Assembly (NCBI GenBank): GCA_013140605.1
Contig: JABFSL010000042.1
Location: forward strand, 31,168 to 95,167
Length of the DNA: 64,000 nucleotides
From: Anaerolineales bacterium
Lineage (GTDB): Bacteria; Chloroflexota; Anaerolineae; Anaerolineales; Villigracilaceae
Direction of reading: 5' to 3'
Position 1 is the stretch's first letter. Each line of letters opens with the position of its first letter. Below are positions 28,780-38,801 of this stretch, piece after piece. The notes beneath the pieces were generated by a model that was not told the DNA's origin, made no database searches, and worked only from the letters and a program-made list of their open reading frames with translations. Position numbers and translations under genes: made by a program.

Positions 28780-31563
28780 TTAATTATTATGATCCTTCAT
28801 GCCTAACTGGGCGATGGTAAGCGGCGCGCCGAGGGCATGTCCCAATTCACGCGCTGCAATTTGAAGCACGGCTTCCACTGTGGTGGCGCTCTGGATCTTC
28901 TGGCTGATGGTGTTTAACATACTTTCACGTTCAGCCTGCTGCTGTGATTTGGAAAATGATTTGGCGTTCTGCAAAGCGGTGGATACCTGAGACGCAAGAG
29001 TGGTATAGATATTGGCATCCTCTTCCGAGAAGGCGTTGATGCGCTCCGATTGCACATCCAGCACACCCAGGATCTGATCGCCGATGTTCAATGGCACCGC
29101 CATTTCGGAAGCGGTATCAGGCAGAACCGGATTGGGCAGCCAGCCTGGCTCATTATGCACATCATTGACAATCACGGCTTGCCTGGTGCGGGCAGAGCGC
29201 GCCACAAGCGATTGCTCCTGCGCTATTGGAATAACCGCAGTGCCATCCGTGCCTTCATGTGGGTCGCCTTCCTTATAACCACAGGCGACAATCTTAAGCT
29301 CCGCTGTGTTTTCGTCATAGATAAAAATGTGGGCATGGTACAAGCCGAATTGACGCTGGGTCAAATGCACCACCGAGTGCAGCATTTTATCAACATCCAG
29401 TTCTCTGGATGAAACGGAACTGACCTCGGCAACCGCCGCGAGCTGGTGGGCGCGTTTATCGAGTTCGATCTCGCCGCGTTTGGTTTCTTCAAACAGGCGC
29501 AGGTTTTCGATATGGGCACCAAGGCGTTCGGCAACCGCATTGGCAAGTTCAAGGGATTCTGCATCATCAGATCCAAGGCCCTGAATAACGAGTTTGCCAA
29601 CGGTCTCATCATGGATTTTGAGCGGCAGGGTGGTGGAAGACTCTTCGGTCTGTTGATCTGCATTTTGATCGTATGGCCGCACTTCCTTCAAATCATATTT
29701 AAAGCTCAAGCCTTCACCGGCATTTGTCTCCACATAATCTTTCCAGCCTTCACGTGTAAGGCGGCGTGAGGCTTCTTCCGCCTCGAAACGATAACGTTCC
29801 GCGCTATCAAGCAGGCGCAGACTTTCGATCTGCTGTGCCACCTGACGCGCCACGATGTTGACCAGTTCGGAAGTGCGCGCAATCGGCGATTGGTTTTCCA
29901 TTTCCACAACTAAATTTCCGAGCGATTCACCAATGACCGCAATTGACGCAGTCAAAGTGTTATCGTTTATTTGCAATTGAGATTGTTCCACCGGGGTGAT
30001 TGGTGCGATCTTACTTTGCTCGTACACAAAACCGATCTCTTCGGGTTTATGTATGGCATCCAGGTAATCTTTCCAATTGGCGCGTGACTGGCGTTGAGCT
30101 TGAGATTCAACGTCAGCGCGGGCTTGTTCCGTCTCTGCAAGGAAGGTGGCGTTTTGGATGGCGATGGCTAATTGTCCCGCCAGAGCTTCAAACGCGGTTA
30201 ATTCTTCCTGATTCAACTTGTTGACTTCGTGGCTTTGCATATCCAGCACACCCACCACTCGTTCACCGATAATCAGCGGAACAGCCATTTCAGAACGGGT
30301 CTCTGGCAGGAGCGGATTTGGTTTGAAGGTGGTGCTGGCGCTGGTATTTGAGATAATCACAGAGCGTTTCTCGATTGCGGCCCGTCCGTTGATCGATGCG
30401 TTATTTAACGGTAGTTGGTGCGCACGCGCAACCAGTTCCGCGCCGACTGTTCCAGTACCAGATTGCAGAATCAGGGCGGTCCGACTCGGATTCGTCAAAT
30501 AGACTTGCACATAGTAAAGATCAAATCGTGAACGGATGAGTTCGGTGGCGTCATTTAACATAACATCCAGAGAACGTACTTGCGATACAGCGCGCGCTAC
30601 TTCGGCGGCGAGTTTAAGGCTATGGGTACCTTCTGCTACGCGTTGTTCCAGTGTGCCAAACAGATTCTTCAACTGTAAAGCCATTGAGTTGAAGGCCGCG
30701 CCAAGCACGGAAACTTCGTCGCGACCAGCCACATCTATGAACTGGTCCAGATTACCCTGCTGCAGGGATGCGGTGCTGTGGGTTAGGATTCTCAAGCGGC
30801 TGGTAATCGAAACCACGATCAGGTAGCTTAGAAAGAGGCCGAGAACCAAACCAATGACCAGAACGATGAAGCCGGTAAGGAGCGCTTGTTGGAACGAGGC
30901 TTGCGCCAATGTGTTTGAGAATTCAGCATAAGTATTGTTAACATCGATCAACGTCTGAAGGCTGGCGCGGGCAGCTTGAAGGTTTTGGAGCGCCTCATTC
31001 ACAAGGGCATCATCCGGGGTTCCTGTTTGAACTGATACCAGATAATTTTCAATGGCGCTCTTATATACACTGAACGCTGTATGGAATGATTTCAGAGCCG
31101 CAAGTTCCTGTTGCTGTAAGCCGAGCTTGCCTGCGTCCCGTAAGGATTGCGTGAATTCAGGGCTGACGGTTGTTACCCATTCAGTGTCATAGCGGGCGAT
31201 GGTATCAGCTGTCAATTTGTTATCTGACTGAATTGCATCAATGTTCTCCGCTGCTTCCTGTTCTGTGGCTTCATCAAGGTTCTCGATCTGATATTGCGCA
31301 TCTGCCAGGGCGGTGTCTGCGTGATTAATGGCGACAATCGGGATCAACATGAAGTCATAGATATTGGAGAGTTGATAACGCATGGATTGCAGGCCGCTAT
31401 AAGCGGCGCCCGCAACACCCAGTGTGCCTAGAAAAAGTACAAATGCCATTAAGGCCATTTTCCAGGCAAGGGAGATATTTCCAAGAAATCCCAAAAGGAA
31501 CAACTGTTGGCCTGCTGGTGATTTGGAAGCTTGTCCGGTCTTGAATAACTGATTAGTGGTCAT
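28780..31563 (-). CDS. Membrane sensor without output domain: 4HB-like periplasmic domain, HAMP, GAF, two partial GAF units, GAF, partial-GAF tail
   Basis: 2 TM segments; HAMP (RDEVSVLGAAFNSM); LPETRSEMAVP GAFs; no H-box, GGDEF or MCP signalling domain. Confidence 0.85.
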   Translation of the reverse strand: MTTNQLFKTGQASKSPAGQQLFLLGFLGNISLAWKMALMAFVLFLGTLGVAGAAYSGLQSMRYQLSNIYDFMLIPIVAINHADTALADAQYQIENLDEATEQEAAENIDAIQSDNKLTADTIARYDTEWVTTVSPEFTQSLRDAGKLGLQQQELAALKSFHTAFSVYKSAIENYLVSVQTGTPDDALVNEALQNLQAARASLQTLIDVNNTYAEFSNTLAQASFQQALLTGFIVLVIGLVLGLFLSYLIVVSITSRLRILTHSTASLQQGNLDQFIDVAGRDEVSVLGAAFNSMALQLKNLFGTLEQRVAEGTHSLKLAAEVARAVSQVRSLDVMLNDATELIRSRFDLYYVQVYLTNPSRTALILQSGTGTVGAELVARAHQLPLNNASINGRAAIEKRSVIISNTSASTTFKPNPLLPETRSEMAVPLIIGERVVGVLDMQSHEVNKLNQEELTAFEALAGQLAIAIQNATFLAETEQARADVESQAQRQSRANWKDYLDAIHKPEEIGFVYEQSKIAPITPVEQSQLQINDNTLTASIAVIGESLGNLVVEMENQSPIARTSELVNIVARQVAQQIESLRLLDSAERYRFEAEEASRRLTREGWKDYVETNAGEGLSFKYDLKEVRPYDQNADQQTEESSTTLPLKIHDETVGKLVIQGLGSDDAESLELANAVAERLGAHIENLRLFEETKRGEIELDKRAHQLAAVAEVSSVSSRELDVDKMLHSVVHLTQRQFGLYHAHIFIYDENTAELKIVACGYKEGDPHEGTDGTAVIPIAQEQSLVARSARTRQAVIVNDVHNEPGWLPNPVLPDTASEMAVPLNIGDQILGVLDVQSERINAFSEEDANIYTTLASQVSTALQNAKSFSKSQQQAERESMLNTISQKIQSATTVEAVLQIAARELGHALGAPLTIAQLGMKDHNN

Positions 31564-31596
31564 AATTTGTTACCTCGGCTAACTGGCAATAATTTA

Positions 31597-33474
31597 TCAG
31601 TTGAGATTGGAGTCATTGCCAACATCCTGACGGCTGGCAATACTGGCACTGACACGAGATGCTCCGAGCGCCAGCCCAATTTCGCGGATGGCTGTTTGCA
31701 ACGTATCGTCCACTGTAGTGGCTCGCTGTATCTTCTGGCCGATGGCATTGACCAGAGACTCAAGATCTGCTTGCGCTTTGGATTGCTCAAACGCGCGCAC
31801 GTTTTGAATGGATGTGGATACCTGCGAAGCCAGTGTGACCTGGATATTGATATCTGAATCGGTGAAGCGGCCAACTTGATCCGATTGCACATCGAAGACG
31901 CCAATCACCTTTCCACCGACGATCATGGGCACAGCCAGTTCTGAGCGGGTGTTTGGGAGCAGGGCATTGGGCAGGAAGTCTGCCGCCTGTGTTACATCAT
32001 TGACGGTAACGCCTTTTCGTTCGCGGGCAGCGCGGGCTACCAGTGATTGTTCGCGGTTGAGCGGGATGGAGAGTCCCTTTGCCATCATTTGACGTCCCGC
32101 TTCGCCCGCGCCTGAAGCCAGCACCAGATTTTCGCCGGACTCATCCAATAGATAGATGTGAGAGTGATATAAGTTGAAGCGTTCTTTTGAGAGGTTCACC
32201 ACTTCCTGTAAGAGTTTTTCGCTTTCCAGAATTGTGGCGGTCGCGGTTCCCACTTCAGCCACTGTCGCGAGTTCCGTGGCGCGGCGACGAACTTCTTCGA
32301 ATGCCTGTTGCAGGCGGGAGGTCATGGAGTTGAACGTTTGCGCCAGGAGGCCAACCTCGTCACCGGAAGAAACTTCAGCCTGTACATCGAAGTTGCCCGA
32401 GGCGATCTGTTCAGCGGTGTTTGTCAACGATGTGACTGGCCGGGTAATTTGTCGTGATAGTGCGATTGAAACAATAATGGTGAGGGCCAGAACGACCATG
32501 ATCGTAATAATTGAATATGTAAAGGTTTGGGTACTGGTTGTTTGAGCAGTACTAATATCCTCAGCCGCGAGTTGTTCACCCAATGCTTCGATCTTTGTCG
32601 ATAGCGGCTCAATCTCGCGGGCGGCAGCGATCATCGCCGCGTCGTATTCAGCGATTTCCCTGTCCTTGGTCACGAGCACATCGAAGGCCGTTTGGTAGGT
32701 ACCGGCCAGGTTTCTTAGCTCGGTCTTTTCGGCGACTTGGAGCAGGTCGGATGCAGTCGCTTGGTTTTTGAACTGGGTGACCAATGTATGAACATCATCA
32801 ATATATCCTTGATCCTTACGCGCCAGATAATCCTTTTCATTACGACGGATTTGCAACAGGGTAATTTCCAGATTTTCCAATCCTGCCTGATCGGAGATTT
32901 TAACTTCAATATCATGCGCCACATTACGCACGTCACCCAAAAAGCCGGTATTTTCATCTTCACCATATTGCCTGGAGACTTCAACGAGTGTGAGGAAGCT
33001 CTGATTGTATTTATCAGTGAGTTGGGTTAGTGAAGCGATATCAGCCTCATATTGCGCCTGGGTCATATCACCTGTCGAAACAGTCGCCGCTAAAGGTCCA
33101 AAGGGAGCCAGTAATTTAATGTGTTCGTGCATCAAGGCAATATTTTCGTTGTAAGGAATCACATAGTTGGTGTAGGCCGTATCATATCCTTCGTTTTGCC
33201 AGCGCAGAATAAAGTTTTTCTCATAACGGCGGGCTTGCAGCAAGTAGATTTGCAATTCGTCCGATAAATTTTGAACCTGGCCGCCTTGTGACAGAGCGTG
33301 TTCATAAGTGGTCTGTACTTGATTTAACCCCCGCAGAGTGACGCCAGCAATAATCAGCGCAAAAACGAACATGACACTGAAAGCCAGCATCAATTTAAGC
33401 GAGAGGCGAAGGTCACCCCAGAAGCCAAAGTGCTTCTCTGATGAAATCGAATTAGAAGTTGAGGTTATGTTCAT
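31597..33474 (-). CDS. Membrane sensor without output domain: chemoreceptor-like helical periplasmic domain, HAMP, GAF, partial-GAF tail
   Basis: two LQARRYEKNF/LQIRRNEKDY helical modules; DEVGLLAQTFNSM HAMP; one full GAF. Confidence 0.85.
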   Translation of the reverse strand: MNITSTSNSISSEKHFGFWGDLRLSLKLMLAFSVMFVFALIIAGVTLRGLNQVQTTYEHALSQGGQVQNLSDELQIYLLQARRYEKNFILRWQNEGYDTAYTNYVIPYNENIALMHEHIKLLAPFGPLAATVSTGDMTQAQYEADIASLTQLTDKYNQSFLTLVEVSRQYGEDENTGFLGDVRNVAHDIEVKISDQAGLENLEITLLQIRRNEKDYLARKDQGYIDDVHTLVTQFKNQATASDLLQVAEKTELRNLAGTYQTAFDVLVTKDREIAEYDAAMIAAAREIEPLSTKIEALGEQLAAEDISTAQTTSTQTFTYSIITIMVVLALTIIVSIALSRQITRPVTSLTNTAEQIASGNFDVQAEVSSGDEVGLLAQTFNSMTSRLQQAFEEVRRRATELATVAEVGTATATILESEKLLQEVVNLSKERFNLYHSHIYLLDESGENLVLASGAGEAGRQMMAKGLSIPLNREQSLVARAARERKGVTVNDVTQAADFLPNALLPNTRSELAVPMIVGGKVIGVFDVQSDQVGRFTDSDINIQVTLASQVSTSIQNVRAFEQSKAQADLESLVNAIGQKIQRATTVDDTLQTAIREIGLALGASRVSASIASRQDVGNDSNLN

Positions 33475-33492
33475 TTTTTGCTCCGGAACCCA

Positions 33493-35478
33493 TTAGTTGC
33501 TTTTGTGCTCATCGGCCAGCACTTCGGGATCAAGCGCGACCATGGTGTGCCGCATCCCCAGCGCGTGACCGAGTTCGCGAGCCGCAGTCTGCAGCGCCGC
33601 TTCGATGGTTGGCGCGTTTTGGATTTTCTGAGTAATCAAGTTGATGGCTTCCTGCTGGGCAGCGCGTTTGCGGTTGAGTTCCTCCAAGCGGCGGCGCTCA
33701 GTAACATCCTGATTTGCGCCATACCAGCGGATAATCTTTCCATCCTTATCACGCTCTACATTAATGTTTACTGTAATGTAGCCTAGTTCACCGTCTGAAA
33801 AAATGATACGGTGTTCCAGTGCCGTGTGGAGGTGGCGTTCTTTGGAGTCCATAACTTTTTGAATCTCACCCCCTACAAGCGCTGCATCATCGGGGTGGAC
33901 AAAATTCCGTGCATAGTCAGCAGAGGATATTTTGTACCCGCCAACCTTTTCGGCAGTGGTGCGGAAAATCGAATAGAACTGATCGTTGAAGGTAAAGAGA
34001 TCTTTCTCCACATCGTATTCCCAGTTGGCAAGGCGGGCGATCTTGAGCGCATCGGACAAAAGAACCTGACTACGTTGGATTTCCGTGTACGACTGCGCAT
34101 TTTGCACGGCAATAGCAACCTGGTTCGCGATGGATTGCAGTGAGTCAACATCCTCCTGCTTTAGGCCGTCAATAATATTGTGTTGCACATCCAACACGCC
34201 CAGAACTTCATCCCCGATGGAGATCGGAATTGCTGTTTCGGATTTGGTATCAGGCAGCAACTGGTTGGGCAGCCAGTCGGGGTTTTGAGCCGTATCCGAT
34301 ACCAGAATCGGCTGGTTGCTGTCTGCCGCACGACCTACAAGGCCGCGGCCTTTCGGGACTTTATGCTCTTTTGCCAGCATCGTTGCACCGGCTTCCCCTG
34401 TGCCGCCCGCCATAACCAGATTTTCATTAGCTTCATCGTAAAAGTAGATTTGAGTATGATAGTAGCCGAAGGCATTGTTTACCTGATTCACCACCTCGAT
34501 CACCAGTTCCTTCCGATTAAGAATTGTGGAAAGACGACGGCTTACTTGAGTGGATGTGGCAAGCGCTTTGGTGCGGTCTGCCACGCGTTGTTCCAACCCG
34601 CTGAGGATATCTTTCAGTTGCGTGATCATGCTGTTGAATGAGCGGGCGAGCATGCCAATTTCATCAGTGCTTGTGGCATCAGCATAAGCGTCGAGATTCC
34701 CTTTGGCAATTTGATTGGCGGTCAGAGCTAGTTGACTAACTGGTGTTACCACTGAGCGAACGATGAAAAAGCCCAGAGTGATTGTGATTAAAACGGTTGC
34801 TATGATTAACGTGATAAGAAACGTTATGGAACGGTTGATTAAGGACTGGACATCCGTTTCCTTTTTTTGGATCTCCACGTGTTGTAATTGAACTGCCCGG
34901 TCAATGGCGGAACGGTGAGATTCGTAATCTGGTGTGAGTATCTCATCAAAAATTTTATCGGCTTCCTGAAGTTTGTCCGCTCGAATGGCTGGTATCAATT
35001 GATTATTGACAACTTCAAAGAAATTTTTAGCAGGCAGGTAGGAGTCAATAAGGAGCGCCTGCTCAATATCCTTGTTTTCAATTTCTTCAGAAGCCAGTGT
35101 TTCGACCCAGTAGGCATGCCGCGCCTTATACTCATTTTGCAGCACGGGTATTTTTTCGATCAAACTGTCCACTGATGCCGTGTTCCCCTCCTTGGCGGCT
35201 TCCAATAATAGCGATGTTGTGAGATATGACTCAATGATGTAGGCCGGGGGCGGCAAAATATCGGCCACTAATTCTTGATTCTGTGTAAGCTGTTTATACA
35301 GTGGACCATTAACCTGTACCGTGCTCATTGTATTAAAAGCAAAAGCTGCAAAGGTACCCAAACCAACCACACTGATCGCTATTAATGTGGATAATTTGAT
35401 TCCGACGCGTAAGTTTGAAAAAAAGGGAAATAATCTTGGACGCGGGTTGCCGGATGAATTAAGGTCAGGTGTTTTCAT
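33493..35478 (-). CDS. Membrane sensor without output domain: MCP-like ligand-binding domain, HAMP, GAF, PAS/PAC, partial-GAF tail
   Basis: [25 protein letters not shown]-type head; [15 protein letters not shown]; WEYD..HPDD PAS_3. Confidence 0.85.
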   Translation of the reverse strand: MKTPDLNSSGNPRPRLFPFFSNLRVGIKLSTLIAISVVGLGTFAAFAFNTMSTVQVNGPLYKQLTQNQELVADILPPPAYIIESYLTTSLLLEAAKEGNTASVDSLIEKIPVLQNEYKARHAYWVETLASEEIENKDIEQALLIDSYLPAKNFFEVVNNQLIPAIRADKLQEADKIFDEILTPDYESHRSAIDRAVQLQHVEIQKKETDVQSLINRSITFLITLIIATVLITITLGFFIVRSVVTPVSQLALTANQIAKGNLDAYADATSTDEIGMLARSFNSMITQLKDILSGLEQRVADRTKALATSTQVSRRLSTILNRKELVIEVVNQVNNAFGYYHTQIYFYDEANENLVMAGGTGEAGATMLAKEHKVPKGRGLVGRAADSNQPILVSDTAQNPDWLPNQLLPDTKSETAIPISIGDEVLGVLDVQHNIIDGLKQEDVDSLQSIANQVAIAVQNAQSYTEIQRSQVLLSDALKIARLANWEYDVEKDLFTFNDQFYSIFRTTAEKVGGYKISSADYARNFVHPDDAALVGGEIQKVMDSKERHLHTALEHRIIFSDGELGYITVNINVERDKDGKIIRWYGANQDVTERRRLEELNRKRAAQQEAINLITQKIQNAPTIEAALQTAARELGHALGMRHTMVALDPEVLADEHKSN

Positions 35479-37856
35479 ATTTTAGCCTCTTCATGGTTTG
35501 AAAAATCAATAATTGATGGGATCGATTCTTTGGTAGTCGCTATACACGGGAGGGTAACGATAAAACGTGAACCTTTACTCATTTCGCTTTCCACCTTTAC
35601 CTGCCCGCCATGTTGTTCGGCAATGGCTTTGACAATTGCCAGTCCCAGCCCATTGCCTTCCACCTTGTTATGTTCTCCATCGCGCACGCGATAGAAGCGG
35701 TCAAAAATAAAGGGCAGGTCTGCGGCGGGAATTCCCAAACCGTTATCCCGCACATCCACTTGAATATTTTCCCTGTTCATATTCATGGACACTATGATGT
35801 GCCCGCCTTGCTGTGTGTACTTGATGGCATTTCCCACTAAATTGCGGAACAATTGCTTTAATTGCAGGCGGTCGCCGTTTACATGCTCGGGAAAATCAAG
35901 CGGATGGAATTGAAGCGCCTGCTCTTTAACCTCTGCTTGCGGATTGAATTCATCAATTACATCCACGAGCAATTCGGTCACTTCCACCGGCTCATGGTTT
36001 TGCGCCGTATTCAGATCCGACTGAACGAGATGCATCATGCTTTGCACAAGTTCACTCATGGAGGCTGCCGCATTTTGAATTCGCTGCATGAACCTCATCT
36101 GCACATCATTGAGCGGACCAGCTTGTGAGAGCAGTTCACTAAAGCCCACAATCGCTGTGATGGGATTTTTTAGATCATGCGATGCGGTCGCAATGAATTC
36201 ATTCTTCACGCGCTCGATATTTTTGAAACGCGTTACATCCTGCAAAATGGCGACCAGTCCGCCGGACTCTATCGAGGTAATGAGCGCCATAAAGGTGCGT
36301 TGATCGGGCCATGTGATTTCTCCCGTTTTGGATAGGCCGCTCAGACGGGCCTCTTCCAGCATCTTCAAAAGCGCATCGCAGCCATGCCCTGCTTCCAAAG
36401 GACGGTTCAGAATGGCATTGAAATCTGTGAATAAATCTTCGCCCGCGGGGTTGAGCAGGCTCAAATTCCCATCCGCGTCGAACATAAAAATCGCCTCGTC
36501 CGCGTTTTGCAAAACAGCAGAGAGACGTTTTTGTTGTTTTGCAACATCCTCATATAACAACGCATTTTCCATTGCAATGGCCGCCTGACTGGCAATGGCC
36601 TGCAACAGCAATAGATGTTCCAGTTGGAAGTAATGGATTTTTTCATGCGCCAATACCAGCAAGCCCAGCAGGTGTTGACGGCCAAACATTGGGACGATCA
36701 CCGCCGAGCGGGTTGGGTCATTTATGACAGACTGCCAGCGCGGTTCGTTATGCACATCATCAAGGATCAGACTCTCGCGTGTCTCGTTGATCTCTTTCAT
36801 GAAATTTTCAAAGTTTGGACAATCGCTTTGAGTGGAAGCGGAAGTGCTGTATGTTTTTTCTAATGGGTGGTGCGGGTCAAGTACAACAATATGCCCCATG
36901 ATCGCACCCAGGGTTTCGACTGTCCGCCGCAGGACAACACTGGTCAACTCGTTGATATCCAGCCGCGCACTTAATTCCTTGCCGATCTCAGGCAGCATGC
37001 TCAACTGGCGGTTGCGGCGGCGGATCGCATCTTCAAATGATTTGGTGCGGAGCTTGGCGCGAATGCGCGCAAACAATTCGCGGCGATCAAATGGTTTCGT
37101 AATGTAATCGTCAGCGCCCAAATTCAAACCCGCCTGAATTTGATCCGGGTGCAGGCGTGCCGCAGTGAAGATAATGACCGGGATATGCTCGATGACTGGG
37201 TCAGCGCGGATTTCCTTTAATACAGCAAATCCATCCTTATCCGGCATATTCACATCCAGAAGGATCAGGTCTGGCATTTCAGTGCGTGTTTTTTCCAACG
37301 CCTCCGCCCCGTTAAACGCCGATATATAGGAATAGCCTTCACTGTTCATATAACGTGACAACAGGGTCACGTTATCGGGCATGTCATCAACGATCAATAT
37401 TTTGAAAGGTTCTATTTCTTCCGCCGCCGGCACCGTGATTGGAGCATGCCCAATGGATTTCATGACATTCCCAACGATCTGACAAATGCGTTCTGGCCGC
37501 ACAGGCTTGATGATGGTTTCATCCACCTTTAAACGTCGCGCAGTTTCCTTTAGGCCGGGCACATCATAAGCAGTGATCAAAATGGTATGTGTGGGCCTGC
37601 CGCCGGAATTGGACTGGATTTTCTCGATCAATTCCAGGCCATTCATGCCGGGCATCATCATATCGGTGATGAGCATATCCACTGAATTGCCCGCGACCCG
37701 TTCCAGCGCTTCGCTTCCGCTGCAGGCGGAAATCACATTAACCTCGGTCCCCATTTGCGAGATGGCGCGGGCCAAAGTTGCCGCTGTGGCGGGATGATCA
37801 TCCACAACCAAAATGCGGATGGAATTTGAAGCTTTGAGAGAATCATGGTTTTCCAT
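35475..37856 (-). CDS. Hybrid histidine kinase REC-REC-GAF-PAS-HisKA-HATPase
   Basis: ITDMMMPG and LLDVNMPD receivers; ASHDLKNP H-box; GNAIKYT and GLGLAI motifs. Confidence 0.93.
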   Translation of the reverse strand: MENHDSLKASNSIRILVVDDHPATAATLARAISQMGTEVNVISACSGSEALERVAGNSVDMLITDMMMPGMNGLELIEKIQSNSGGRPTHTILITAYDVPGLKETARRLKVDETIIKPVRPERICQIVGNVMKSIGHAPITVPAAEEIEPFKILIVDDMPDNVTLLSRYMNSEGYSYISAFNGAEALEKTRTEMPDLILLDVNMPDKDGFAVLKEIRADPVIEHIPVIIFTAARLHPDQIQAGLNLGADDYITKPFDRRELFARIRAKLRTKSFEDAIRRRNRQLSMLPEIGKELSARLDINELTSVVLRRTVETLGAIMGHIVVLDPHHPLEKTYSTSASTQSDCPNFENFMKEINETRESLILDDVHNEPRWQSVINDPTRSAVIVPMFGRQHLLGLLVLAHEKIHYFQLEHLLLLQAIASQAAIAMENALLYEDVAKQQKRLSAVLQNADEAIFMFDADGNLSLLNPAGEDLFTDFNAILNRPLEAGHGCDALLKMLEEARLSGLSKTGEITWPDQRTFMALITSIESGGLVAILQDVTRFKNIERVKNEFIATASHDLKNPITAIVGFSELLSQAGPLNDVQMRFMQRIQNAAASMSELVQSMMHLVQSDLNTAQNHEPVEVTELLVDVIDEFNPQAEVKEQALQFHPLDFPEHVNGDRLQLKQLFRNLVGNAIKYTQQGGHIIVSMNMNRENIQVDVRDNGLGIPAADLPFIFDRFYRVRDGEHNKVEGNGLGLAIVKAIAEQHGGQVKVESEMSKGSRFIVTLPCIATTKESIPSIIDFSNHEEAKI

Positions 37857-37940
37857 GGTTCATATTTTCCCTGAAATATGCGGGTTAACCGTTAGGGAGA
37901 TGATGTAAAAGGTTGGGAAAAGTTGGGACGCCTGCGGCGG

Positions 37941-37978
37941 AAAAACCCGCCTCCGGCTAAGCTGGAAGCGGGTTTTTA
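37941..37978 (-). terminator. Intrinsic terminator after the response regulator gene
   Basis: aaaaacccgc..gcgggtttt hairpin. Confidence 0.65.
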
Positions 37979-38006
37979 TCCAATAAACAGGATCAGCGCT
38001 GGAAAT

Positions 38007-38801
38007 TTAATCTGCCACGAGACGATAGCCCAGTCCGCGCACGTTGATCAAATAAGCGGGCGCATGAGCATCATTTTCGATTGCCTGCCGCAGTTGATGA
38101 ATATGCCATTTGGTTAATTCCTGCGCTTCGCGCGCATCTGCCTGATAGCCCTGCGCTTCGGCCACCAAAGTTTGCCAATCGACCGCATTCGGCGAATGCC
38201 GCATAAGCACCAAAAGATAGTTGAACGATGTGGGCGGCAAATTGATGACGCGTTCGCCGATCTTCAAACGTTGACCGTGAAGATCAAGAATCAATGCGCC
38301 GCGCTTAATGAAGCGGTCTGTTGTTGGGGTTGTCTGTGTTGTTTCCACAGTTTCCCCGCTTTCCAAATTTTTTAATTCAGTCTGCAATGATTCGATCTGC
38401 ATCACGATCTCACGCTTGCGTCTTTCCTTTTGACGCCCTGCGAGGATCACTTTTGTTTTTGCAATGATCACTTCCGGCTTAAGTGGTTTCAACAAATAAT
38501 CAGTCGCGCCGCGCCGCAGGGCTTCCACTGCCGAGTTCAGGTCAGGCTGGGCGGTAAATAGAATCACTGGCAGGGTTGGGTATCTGGCATGGATGACATT
38601 GAGAACATCCAGCCCGCTTAGTCCGGGCATGCGCAGATCCATGTAGGCCATGTCGAAATTGGAACTTTGCAATAAGGAGAGACCCTGCTCGCCGTTTTCA
38701 GCGGTAGTGACTTCAAAGCCCGCCTGTATCAAAACACGAGCCAGTGTTTTTCGCAGCAGCGGTTCATCGTCAATGATCAAAATGTGTCCGCTGATATTCA
38801 T
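38007..38801 (-). CDS. OmpR-like response regulator (REC, coiled linker, winged helix)
   Basis: IIDDE, YMDLRMPG, DYLLKP; HIHQLRQAIE..INVRGLGYRL. Confidence 0.92.
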   Translation of the reverse strand: MNISGHILIIDDEPLLRKTLARVLIQAGFEVTTAENGEQGLSLLQSSNFDMAYMDLRMPGLSGLDVLNVIHARYPTLPVILFTAQPDLNSAVEALRRGATDYLLKPLKPEVIIAKTKVILAGRQKERRKREIVMQIESLQTELKNLESGETVETTQTTPTTDRFIKRGALILDLHGQRLKIGERVINLPPTSFNYLLVLMRHSPNAVDWQTLVAEAQGYQADAREAQELTKWHIHQLRQAIENDAHAPAYLINVRGLGYRLVAD

